Source: Vicugna vicugna (lineage: Eukaryota). Taken from it: a DNA stretch of 64,000 nt. A program made the translations under genes and the position numbers. Below the pieces are notes generated by a model. That model saw only the letters and a list, made by a program, of their open reading frames with translations. It ran no database searches and was not told the DNA's origin. The stretch covers positions 870,001 to 934,000 of the forward strand of contig MU058065.1 of assembly GCA_013265495.1 (NCBI GenBank), given 5' to 3'. Positions 13,769 through 25,945 of the stretch are shown piece after piece. The stretch's first letter is position 1. The number at the start of each line of letters is the position of its first letter.

Positions 13769-15739
13769 GACTTTTAACCTTTGTCCTTTCTTGTTTAATT
13801 GGTACCCCATCCATCCTCTTCACAAGAACCTTTGTCGCAGTTCTGTATTATTCCTTGGTAATAAATTCAGAAAAACATTTAAAGTAAAAACAAAATACCA
13901 GAAATAAACCTAGTTAACCAAAATAAGGCTAAATTTTTTAAAGCTTTGCACCCAAAAGTTGAGCATCTTTACTTAAGAAATTCTTTCAACTAAGATCATC
14001 CCATTTTACACGTGCACAAATTACAACATTTATCTCTTTCCAACTCTTACAAGTGAGATATTAAATAAAATTAAAGAAAAATTAAAAAAACTACAAGAAG
14101 ACACACAAGGACTTAAATTCATATCCAGGACCCAATACTCACTGCTGTCTGAGATGTAGAAATCATTCTTTACCTTTCCAGGCTTATTTCCTCTTTTATA
14201 AATTGGTAATTATAGCATCCACTTTACAGGTTAATTTTAATGATCAACTTTAAAGTACACCTCTCTACACTAACCTTCCATGCTTCAGCTAAAACAAAAA
14301 GAGTGACTAAATATACTAACATGGAAAAAATCTCCAAAATATAAAGAAAACAAATTATAGAACCATGTTATAGCACAAACTGATGTATGTTTAAAACAAA
14401 CCCACACACCTTTAAAAGTATACATACGTATATGCATACACATATATAAACACATATTTTGTATATGGGAATATGGGAGTTTATGTTAAATACATTGCAG
14501 AAATTCTGAAGAATGAATATAAATTGTAGATGAAACATTAATTCAGGGTATAGTTTTCACTTTTTACTTTATATACTTGCACAACTTCTGTATTTTGTAA
14601 TAGTAAGAGCATCTATTCAAGTATTTCTTATGTAATAAACATCAAGTAGACCCCATATTAATATTTTCCCTCCCTATTTTATATGTGGAACTCCTCTTAC
14701 ACAAAATTATTTTAATGTGGAAACAAACAAAAAGCACTATTTTGCGATCACAACGATAGCATGGTGCCTGAGCCATGATAATCACTCAGAAAATATGAAT
14801 TGATTACGTTAATGTGTAAATAAATGAATGACTGCTCAGGTATTGTCATGAAAACTCCATTCTCTAAAATGTGCCTATAGTTGTTCAGCAACGTGAAATC
14901 CAACACAATCTAAAAGCTGAAGATAAGCATCTTCGATGAGGTTCCTAGAAACTCACATTTACTTCCTATTTATTTTCTAACAGTATTGTCCTAGGGTTCT
15001 TTCTGTGGAAATGGTAATGGGATGTTATGTACTCATTAGAAGTTGGGGAGATGAGTTGGTTTTCCTATGCGTTTTTAAAAAGATGTTAATATCATTTTCA
15101 TCCTTATGCTCATGAAAACTATTTGGAATAAGAAATTCAATTTATTTTGATGAAGTTCTTTGAAATTGTTATTATTCTGAAGGTGATAGTTGTGATTAGA
15201 AACTTACGTTTAGTTAGGTAAGGCTCGGCTTTAGGTATCCAAGTGTTTAAAGTCATGATTCACTGTTGGATTAATAATTATATTTATCTATTATTTCTGT
15301 TCTTCCTTTCTTAACATATCTACTCTTTACTCTCTGGAAAAGAGAAATGGCAAGTTTTAATGTACGTTGACATCAGTGCCAACAATGCTGTCCAGAAACT
15401 CCTGAGAAAAGTCCATCATCAGAGACCCTCTTGAAATCATCTACCTTTTGAATAAAACTCTGAGAGTTATAAGACAGTGAATGGTAGAGCCAAAATTTGA
15501 AACCAGGCCATTTGACTCCTAGCTAGTAATATTAAGTCATATTCAAATATATTCTTCAAATCAGATAAAGCTTAAAACATTCAGTGAGAATCTACTATAA
15601 TCAAATCATTGCTCTAGAAGTAACCAGTCTTGCCTTATTTTTGCAGCACCATTCACAGTACAGATACTGGATGTACACAATCAAGAAAACTGAAAAAACT
15701 GATCACTGCTCAAGAAGTACAGCCTGATGAAATATTATG

Positions 15740-15880
15740 CTTAATGTCTTTTTTTCCCCACATAATGAAACTGAGGCTTGGGGAAATGAGATAAATTGCC
15801 CAAAGTCATACATCTGGTAAGTAATGGAGTCATAATTTGAGCCTAACTATTCTTCCAATCATATGAATTGTGTCTCTACC
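15740..15880 (-). mobile_element. MIR SINE
   Basis: aatgaaactgaggcttggggaaatgagataaattgcccaaagtcatacatctggtaagt. Confidence 0.75.
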
Positions 15881-16169
15881 ATATTCAAATTATGGTACTA
15901 GAATTAACTGATATGCATTAATTTTGGCATATTTTTTAACAATTTACTAACTCACTTGACTAACAAACGCTAATTTGCATTTGACCAAATAAGCGTTTCA
16001 TTTGAGAGCCATAACTAATTCATTTTAGAAAATGTAAGGTTGAACTTAAACAGGGTTATAAAAGTGGAGTGGACCTAGGCAAGTGGAAAATCAGTGGAGA
16101 TATTTTTAGGTAAAGGGAACTATACAGCTGACCTTAACGATGGTGGATTTATGACTGGTTGCTAAATAA

Positions 16170-16370
16170 AAATGATGTTATTATCATTATAATAGGCAGA
16201 AGTTATTGGATGCTTACTTTGTGCCAGAAATATACATATCATGTTAGCTAATGGTCATCTTACAAGTGAACAATCAAGGTTGTAGAGGAGTAAAGTAAAT
16301 TATCCAACTCACACTGTTGGCAAATTTCAAAGTAATGACTTGAACCTAAGCATGTTTAATTCCAAACCTT
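16170..16370 (-). mobile_element. MIR SINE
   Basis: gcttactttgtgccag...catcttacaagtgaacaatcaagg...gacttgaacctaag. Confidence 0.6.
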
Positions 16371-18554
16371 ATCTGATCAAGCTTTTGCAAAACTATGGAC
16401 AATTAGGAACAAGAGAATAGTTAATAATTAAGAGCTTTTTCCTTCCAATTCTTAAAAGACAGCAATCAGTAGAAAACACAGATCATAGTCTTCTCCCTCA
16501 GCTTCAGTACAACACTGCAACACTGTTTCCTGTGTACGTTCTCAGAAGGCATGCGGGATCCCAATCCAGGACGTGGACTGACTCACCAGAGGAGCCTAAG
16601 AGTAGACCGGATTGCTCAGCACCTAATATCTTTGTAAAGGTGCTGAGATGATATCATGCCGGCATCCTAACTGAGAACAACCTGTTCCTATTAAGAGACT
16701 CGACTCTGTGGAAAGGACCTAACACAGCGTATTCCCAGTGTGTGTGAAGAAGGTGGGGCTGGGCACATTTCCATGACAGTTTGACCTTGCTCTTTGGATG
16801 CACATTTTAGTGAAACTCACCCAGAAGCCCTTAAATCAGGTGATATTTCTTTAATCTACACTTCTCAGATTTCTTGGTACATCTGCTACAACTCATAATA
16901 TAGTCCACGTTGTGTTATTAGTAATTATTCACCCTTTCCTCTCCTCCTGAGTTATCAATACTTCCAGGCAGAACCCTAGTCTTTATTACCTGTGTGATTA
17001 CACTTGCCCTCATGTAGCATCCTGCAGACAGATCAATTTTGGGATTATTTGGTAACTTAGTTACCAATGAAAGGTGAAAAACTGCCACCATGCCCAGTCC
17101 CTTTATTTGTTTAAATACTCTTCTGATTTGTATCTACTGTCAACGTTTCCAGAAATGACATCAGCATATGTTGGGGCCAAGTTTATCCTCATAAATCTTC
17201 ACAGTAATATGACCCAAACTATGACACTGAAGGTCTTTTTAGGATTTCTTTATTATTCATGTTACTCGGATTCTCAGACTGTAACATTCAGGAAAAATAT
17301 GCTCAAATGTCTGAAAATCTTCATAATAGGAAAAGTTGAATAATAACTGTTGGAATTTCCCTTTGAAAACTTGTAATTTCCATCCATGTACAAGTTAACC
17401 TTCTCATGTGGTACACACATGACTAGGCTGTCAGACTGAAAGAAGAGAAACTGTGATCAAATCTCATCATACTTGAATCCTTTGATCTTTTATTTGGATG
17501 GATATGTTGTCCCCAAAGGAATTAAGAAAAAGTTCCTTCCCACAAGTGTTTAGAACATCTAATTAGAACTACCTTCTTTTAAACTGAATAAATAAAATCA
17601 ATGGCAGAACAGCTGAAATGAGTATCATATGTCATATGCTGGATGTGCGTATGTGTGTGTGTGGTGTGTGTGTGTGTGCACTGTGGTGGGAGGGTAGCAG
17701 ATTAGGTATAACACACATGACCAAAGGGAAGATTAATTGCATTAAGACTAATATCATTATCATAAAACTATGAATACTTTAAAAGGGGATAGAAAAATAT
17801 CTTCATTTTTATTAAAAGTTATCTAGGTATTAAATAAAGGATATTTACACATACTTATTAAGTTATTTAAAATTAATCAACTTGAACAAGTAATAGAGGC
17901 ACAGAAGTTTTAAAACATTAAAGTATATCAAAAGTTAAAATGAAAAGAACTGTTACCAATATCCTCCCGTCCCTCATACTCCTTCCCAACCTCAGTAGTC
18001 TCTATTCTTAGAGGAAACCATCAGTGCCAGTTTTGAACTTGAACTTGAACTTGCAAGATTTTTGTTCATGCTTACACAGTTGGTTTCTGTTAGTACAATA
18101 TAGACCTACCTATTTTACACTATCACTATCTAAGCCTTTCATAATATCTCATGGTGTTGGTGTTACATTTAATTTATTTGTTTATTGGATGGAGTCTCTA
18201 CTGGAATGAAATTCAGAGCCTCCACACTATTATTCTGTATCTCCTGCAGCACATCTCAAAGTATGGATAGATGCTTTTACTTTCTGTAAACTTTTTATTA
18301 TTGATCTACAACATAAGCATGGAAATGGAGCATCAGTATTTAGAAACTTTAAAGCAAACTGATCACATTGCAATGACTAACCACGTAGTCACTGTAGTCT
18401 GCAAAATTATCAGGCTACTGCAGATGGCAGAGGCAGGGGAACTCCACTAGTTACAGCCTGAGAAATGCAACACTTGGTTCAGACCCAAGAGCAATGACTA
18501 ATACAATGTAGGCATTAAATCTATTTATGGAAACAAAAAATTAGTGTGCATTTC

Positions 18555-19500
18555 TTTTTTCCAGCTTTTTTAAGGTATTACTGACAAGTAAGAATGATAC
18601 ATGTTTAAGGTGTACAATGTGATATTTTGATATATGTATACATATATACATATATTCATAATTACACCACTGTAAAATGATTAGCATAATCAAGTTAATT
18701 AACTTATCCGTAACTTCATACATTTACTGCATATGTGTGTGCGTGTGTATGAGTGTGCGTATGTGTTGGGGGTTGTATGGTGTGAACACGAGATTTACTC
18801 TGGTAGTAAATTTCAGGTATACAATTACTATTGACTAATTCACCATGCTGTACAGTAGGTCTCCAGAAAATATCCATCTTATAAATGAAGGTTTGTACCC
18901 TTTGATCAGTATCTCTCCTTTTCCTACACACCCTGCCTCTAGTAACCTGTTACTATGAGTTTGACATTTTTTACTTAGGGTTCCACATATGAGTGAGATC
19001 ATGGGCTATTTGCCTTTCTCCTTTTGGCTTATTTTATTTAACATAATGTGCTCCAGTTTCACCCATGTGTTGCATAATCAAGATTCCATTTTTTGAAGAC
19101 AAATAATATTTCATTGTGTACATTTGTCTGTCAACTGACACTTAGATTGTTTCCATATCTTGGCTACTGTGAATAACACTGCAATGAATATGGAGTTCAA
19201 ATATCTCTTTCGGATAGTGACTTTACTTCTTTTGGCTATATATCCAGATGTAAGATTGCTGGATCATATGGTAGTTCTGTTTTTTTGAGGTATCTCCATA
19301 TTGTTTTCCATAATGACTGTACCAATTAACATCCCCACCAACATTGCACAGGGGTTCCCTTTTCTCCACATCTTTGCCAACACTCCTTACGTCCAGTCTT
19401 TTTGATGATAGCCATTCTAACAGGTGTAAGGTGATATTTCATTATTTTGATTTGCATTTTTTTGATAAACAGTGATGTTGAGCATCTTTCCATGTATCTA
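18555..19500 (-). mobile_element. L1 (L1MA/MB-like) 3' segment: ORF2 C-terminus and 3' UTR
   Basis: ORF 19326-19511 encodes CSTSL..MQIK..YHLTPVRMAIIKK..CWQRCGEKG, the ORF2 C-terminal Cys-rich region, followed by a typical 3' UTR. Confidence 0.9.
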
Positions 19501-20330
19501 TGGAAAAACAAATGATGCCAAATAGCTAAAGCAGCCTTGAACTAAAAGAACAAAGCTAGGAGCATCACAACCCTTGATTTATGTTTACATTACAAAGCTA
19601 TAGTTGTCAAAATAGCATGTCACTTGCATAAAAACAGACACATAAACCAACAGAACAGAATCAAGAACCCAGAAGTAAACCCTCCCATATGAGATCAAGC
19701 AATTTTTGACAAAGATGTCAAGAATACACAATGGGAAAAGGATTGTCTTTTCAATAAATGGTGTGGGAAAGCTGGAATCCACATAAAAAAGAATGAATTC
19801 AGACTCTTATTTTACACAATACACAAAAGTCAAGTCAAAAATGATTGATGACTTGAATGCAGGAACTGAAATCATAAAACTAAACAAAACATAGAGGGAA
19901 AGGTCCTTGACGTTGGTCTTGGCAGTGCTATTTTGGATTTGACACCAGAAGTAAAGGCAACAAAAGCAAAAATAACCAAGTGTGACTACATCAAACTGAA
20001 AAGCTTCTACACAGAAAAGGAAACCATCAATAAAATGAAAAGGCAGCATACCAAATGGGAGAAAATATTTGCAAACAATATGTCTGACAAGGGATTAATA
20101 TCCAAAACATATAAAGAGCTCTTACAACTCAATAGCAAAACACCAAACAATACAATTAAAAATAGACAGAATATCTGAACATACATTTTTGCAAAGAAGA
20201 CACAGAAATGGCCAACAGGCACATGAAAAGGTGCTCAACATCCCTAATCATCAGGGAATTGCAGATCAAAACTACAAAGAGAGATCACCTCACACCTTTC
20301 AAAATCGTCATCATCAAAAAGACGAGACAT
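19501..20330 (+). mobile_element. L1 ORF2 segment, inverted relative to the adjacent 3' segment
   Basis: ORF 19933-20178 [45 protein letters not shown] is L1 ORF2. Confidence 0.9.
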
Positions 20331-21667
20331 AATTATACTTTTCCAACATCCACTCAAAGTTGTTATTTACAAGTGTATTGATTTCATCAGCATTTTCATA
20401 TATTGTTTAAAGATATATAAAATGACTAATCTCCTTTGCAAAAGTCTATATTTTATTGACTTATTTCTTTTCAAAAGTTAACTCATTTATGTTTGTTTCT
20501 CTTACATATTGATTAAAAGAAAACATGTTTCCTTGAAAAATAGTACATGTGTAGGGGGATATATTGTGACAATGCTATATATCTCACTGTTGTTTATCCT
20601 ATTTTTATGTCTTTTTAATTTCTTATGTTCTTGAGTATTGCCTATTTAAAAAAAATGGATTGTGTCTTACATATAGTGATGTCTTGGTAAATGCTTCATG
20701 AATATTGGTTGACTGAATGGATAAGCAAATGAATGAAGTGTTATTTCTCATAGACTGTTAATGACTTTTATATTCAGGCGTTAGAAACATCACATTTTGC
20801 CTGTTGGAGTTAAATCCACATCTAAGACATATTTTAACGACTTTTTTTGTTCTACTCTACTGTCTTATTAAGGTATTTTATACAAGTATGATGTTATTTC
20901 ACATGGATAACCAATCTGAAACTATCAACAAAAACAAAAATTATATTTTTACCAGTGGCTTAGAAAAAGTCTGTGTTAATCTACAAATATGAATAATTAT
21001 GATACAGTTATGAGAACAGATCTGAAGGAGTAAGTCCATTTCAATATTGTAAAATGTTATCAGAATGACTGTAAGGAGGGATTCAGCTTCTACTTAACAT
21101 GGATGATAATTGATATGTTAATTATCATTCTCTTTGGCTATAATAATTTTGATTAATTGACAATGCAGAAATACAAGAACTTTTTGCTAATTAAAAGCTT
21201 GGTTGGTTAACAATGAGACCTATGGCAAGTCTACAGACAGGAGGACTACCATATTAAGTCCTTATGTTTAAATTTGTTACCCGAGCTTATAAATTTGAAT
21301 TCTTTTTTCACTAATGAATAAATATCTAGACCAATATTATCTTAGCTATATAATGTGTTCCATCTTCTTAATGCTCAGAACCTGATAGTGAATGGTGTAA
21401 ATCTCTGAAATATTGATGGCCATTCAATCATTAGGTTTCTGTTTTTGCTTTGTTTCATTTCTGAGTGGTTATGAGCCTGGCTCTGTGCAACAGAGACATA
21501 AAATTTTTATAAGACAATTTTTCTGCTTTCTAATAATTTATATAAAAAGAAATGGCATAAAATATTTAGACATTTCTTTTCAACATGAATAATACTGGTT
21601 TTGACTTTACATGTGTTAAAGTTTACTGAAGCAAGAATCTAGCAGTCAGTGAATGTACAGGGAAAGT

Positions 21668-22052
21668 CCGTGGATTGAATTGTGTCCCCCATAAATTCAT
21701 ATGTTGAAGCTCTAACCTCCAATGTGACTGTATTTGGAGATAGGGCCTCCTACATGTGTGTAACCAAGGTTAGATGAGATCATGAGGGTGAGACCCTAAT
21801 CCAATAGGATTGATGTTCTTATAGAAGAGGAAGAGACACCTAGGATGTGTGCACAGAGAAAAGAACATGTCGTCTTCTACAACAAGAAGGCGGACATCGA
21901 CAAGCCAAGGAGAGAGGCCTCAGGAGAAAGCAAGCCTGCTGACACCTTTATTTTGGACTTCCAGTCTCCAGAACTGTGAAAAGATAGATTTATATTGTGT
22001 GAGACTCCCAGTCTGTGGTATTTGGTTATGATAGCCCCAGTAGATGAATACA
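21668..22052 (+). mobile_element. MaLR solo LTR (MLT1B-like)
   Basis: ttgaattgtgtcccccataaattcatatgttgaagctctaacc...cccagtctgtggtatttggttatgatagcc...aataca. Confidence 0.9.
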
Positions 22053-22099
22053 CAGAAATAAGACTTCCATAGAGGCTTGGATATGGAAAGTCAAGAAAG

Positions 22100-22700
22100 G
22101 AAGCAAGAGAACTCCCTTATCCCAGAAATGATGGCTCTCCAGTTATTTCCTGTATTAGGAAATGGTACCCACCCAGGTTGTGGGCTAGAAGCCTAGGATT
22201 TATCCCCATCATCTCCTCCATTTTCCCTACTCAGTCTTCAAATCTAGCAGTAAATTGTTTTATTCTACCACTTAAATACGTTTTGAATAATTTTACTTCT
22301 CTCCATTCTCACAGCTATAGACCAGTCCAAGTCTCCATCTTCTCCAGCCTGGACCAAAGCCTTTACTCTGGCTCCCTCCTATCCATTTAACATCTGCCTC
22401 ATGAGTGATCTCTTTCAAATGCAAGTGTAGTGATGCCTTTCCTCTGTCTGCCATCTTTTGATAATAAAATTTTAAATCCTTACTTTGCATGAAAATGATG
22501 TGGTCCACATCTCTCTTTTAAGAGCCATCTTTTACCACCCTTACCCTTGTTTACTCCAACGATAATGAGTTATCATTATCATAATTTTAACTTTTTTTTT
22601 GCTCTGTTTCTCATCTTCCCTTCACCTGCTCTGCCTTTATTCCACTTCCCTTCACTTCTTGGAAGACTAGTCTGCACAATTTATCTCTACTGTATCATAG
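22100..22700 (+). mobile_element. L2 fragment
   Basis: cttctctccattctcacagct...agtccaagtctccatcttctccagcctggacc is typical L2 interior. Confidence 0.65.
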
Positions 22701-23063
22701 GATACATGGAAAGATGAGTATGGTTTTCTAAGAGATGAAAAGAAATTTAGGGCCTGGTGTTCATGAACATTGTAACATATCAAAGAAGTGCTAATATATC
22801 ATCTCTTGTCTCTATCATAGCTTCAACCAATTGAAGATAGAGATTCAGGGAGCCAGGAGAGCATAAGCTTTCTTACTAGGTACGTAGAATTCAACAAGTC
22901 AAAAAATGCAGAAATTTTGATATAGTTGGTGGGCTTGAGTGTCGCTTTGATCTGATATTAAGTCGAGGCTTCTATTACCTCCCAAACAGTTCTAGACATT
23001 GGGCTATCCCCCAAACACTTGGCCAGCCCCAAGAAGGATCACAATTTGGTGCACAAACCCAGC

Positions 23064-23070
23064 TATAAAG
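23064..23070 (+). promoter_or_regulatory. TATA-like box (TATAAAG) of a candidate promoter
   Basis: ctataaagggg followed by paired ETS-like sites and a downstream GTAAGT donor at 23281. Motif-only evidence. Confidence 0.2.
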
Positions 23071-24199
23071 GGGTAGAGAGCATCACAGGAAGTTTCTTCG
23101 CCCAGCTTCCTGTCTCTGAAAACCAGGTTCTCAGCCTTCTCTCCTACTCACCATTAAGGAAGAGGGAGCCAACGGCCCTTCTCACCTGGCAGTGAGACAA
23201 GCAGATCTGGAGAAAGGAACAGAGGTTGACCCAGTCTTACCTTGGAGGTGGTCATGAATAAGCCAGTCTACCTCTTCTGAGTAAGTAAAGGTGAAAGATT
23301 TTTCTTTGGAATTTCTGAGAAAATCAAGGTGATGACAAAATGCTTTTCTTTTATAAGCTGATACTGAAATAAGAGAATAGGGAAAGCGTTTCCTCTTGTA
23401 GAGGGAAGAAACAAGTTCAGCTCTGGAGTTTAGAACAAGTGGAAAATGATGTTTATCTTCACTATGAAAATATGAAGGGAGGTGAGAACGCAACTGGAGT
23501 TACAAATGGAAAAAAGCTAACATTTGAAGGTTAGGATGAGAAAGAGATCTTAGCAAAAGGGGAAAAAAGTGGGAAAATACCGATCATGTCAAAGTTTCTC
23601 TTTCCAATTAAACTTTTATTAAAATTACATATTTTAGAATAAAAGAAGATTGATACTGATAAAAACCACATTGATTGGAATGACTACTTAAGAGAATAAA
23701 AATATATGTCAGTTCAGACAATGCTTTTGGAATGTGTGAAGACAGGTTTGCTGTGTTCGGGATGAGAGCACTGTTCTTGTTAAGTACAGTGCATGCTGAT
23801 ACTCAGTAAAGCAAACAGGTGTCAAACACCCAGCTGTCCTGCTGCCTCAGGATTCCCACACGCCCACCGTTAAAAATATCAGACTTAATTCTGAGCCTGA
23901 AGTTCATATTTGCAAAATTATTATTTGAACTTCTTTGGCATTAGCTTTGTTAGCATTGCTCCAGAAGAATAATTACTAGGTGTCTGAATGAACATAGAGA
24001 TATTAATGAATCATTAGATAGTGTGCTGGAAAATAATGGGGCAAATATTTTATTTTTGTAAACAGACAATTATGCAGGCAAATCCATCTTTTAGTGTGAA
24101 TGGAATCCCAAATAGTGCTACTCTCCCCACCGATCCCTTGCCAGACAATTGACATTGTTTCCAAGTGTGGAACACATGAAGTTCTTAAGTGGCTGTATT

Positions 24200-24610
24200 A
24201 TTTCAAGTATAGTCATGATTATTATAACTGAGTCCTCAAATAGCAATGGTTTAAACAAGATGGTTTATTTCTCTCCTACCTGGGGCTCGTATGATGGCTC
24301 CATGATATTAAAAATCAACCTTCCTTTCACCCAGTGACATTGCAGTCCTTGGGTAGTGCCCACATCCTTATGGCCCGAAGTAACTCAGAAACATTCCATC
24401 CAGTGTGCAGCAAGTAAGGTAAAATGCATGACTTCATCCTGCTCACGTTTCATGTAACAGAGTTGAGTAACATGGACATGCCAGGCTACGAGGAAGCTTG
24501 TCAAGTTCACCCTTTTCTGGGTAGTGACTGGCTCAACGAAAATCCAAGGGTTCCATTAGTATGAGAAAGAAACACAGAAAGAACATGAAAGACAAGGAGC
24601 AGTGTCCACA
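24200..24610 (-). mobile_element. Old MaLR LTR (MLT1J/K-like)
   Basis: caatggtttaaacaagatggtttatttctctc, the reverse of the MLT1 poly(A) region. Highly diverged. Confidence 0.5.
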
Positions 24611-24879
24611 AATATTACTTTAAGAAGTGCAGCGGTCAGCTTCTCCTGGGGAAAGCTGCTCAGCCAAAATCATCAATCGAGAAAGTATTTTTTAAAAAAG
24701 AAATTGTACCTGCCTATATAAAATCATAAATTTTTTCACGGCAAGTCAATTAGCAAATGACAGATTTTGAAAAAAAATCTTTATAATGCAGATGCTAATA
24801 AAGGTTACACATATTTACTATCCAACACGTTTATGTGAATTGATAAGGAAAATGCATCTACATCACAGAGAAAACAAAT

Positions 24880-25497
24880 CCAAATGCCTCACAAGTGAAA
24901 ATTTGGTCAAAACCACTAACAAGGAAACAAATTACTGCAGTGTAGCACTTTACACTCATCTGACTGAAAGATTTTTTTAAAGTTTCAATACCTATTCCAG
25001 TAGAGATGCGAGGAAAGGGCTGTGCTTCCTTACTGTTGAGGAAAAGATAAATTGCTGTAGATTTTCAAAACCAATCTGGTAACACTGGAAAGTTTTCAAA
25101 TATCTCCCTTCTGATCCCAAACCTAGGAATCGATTACGTAGATACAGGAGAACCACCTGGTACAAAGGTACTTCTGAAGCTTGGTTTGTAGGTACTAAAA
25201 CCTCGGGGAAAACGTGAATGCCTAGCAGTGATGAATAGGTGAATAAATTAGCAACTCCCATACCATGAACTAGATAAGAATTACTACTTTTAAGAGACTA
25301 ATAATTATATTCTTTTAAGCAACTATAAGAGAATTAATATAATAAAATTATAAGATAACTAAAATTATACAGACATTTAAACATGTAATAGGGCTAGAAC
25401 AGCTGCCTTTAAAGGATTTCCACGAGATATTATTGTACAAAGAAAGGAAGCTGCAGAAGTGGAATGTGCCTGTATATATCCATATTCTGTAAATACC
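24880..25497 (+). mobile_element. Old L1M 3' fragment
   Basis: cttcctactgttg-like, tgatcccaaacctaggaat and gaataggtgaataaatt motifs. Confidence 0.55.
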
Positions 25498-25945
25498 TGT
25501 TGTGGTTTGAATTGGGTCCCACAAAACTCTGTTGAAGTCCTAACCCCCAGTACCTTCAAATGTGGAATTATTTGAAGATAGAGTCTTTAATATAATCAAG
25601 TTAAGATGAGGTCATCCTGGATTAGAGTGAGCCCTGAATCCAGTATATCTGGTGTCCTTGTAAGAAGAAGAGACACAGACATACACAGACAAGACGCTAT
25701 GTGAAGACAGAGGCTGAGAATGGAGTGACCTGTCTCTACATCCAGAAAACACCAAGAGTCACTGGCATCACCAGAAGCTACGAGAGACACATGTAACTGA
25801 TGCTCTCTGAGAACCTCTAGCAGGGAACAAACAACCCTGCCAACTCCTGGGTCTGGATCTTCTAGCCTCCCTAACTACGAGAGAGTACATTTCTCAAGTC
25901 TCAAGCCGTGCAAGTTGCTATGGCTATCCTAGAAAACTAATGTGA
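25498..25945 (+). mobile_element. MaLR solo LTR (MLT1C-like)
   Basis: tgttgtggtttgaattgggtcccacaaa..gttgaagtcctaacccccagtacc..aagttaagatgaggtcat..ccagaagct..gaaaactaat. Confidence 0.9.

Noticed and set aside
19326..20222. ORFs resembling a reverse-transcriptase-associated protein
   Set aside because: Frameshifted L1 ORF2 relics, not a host gene or an active element.
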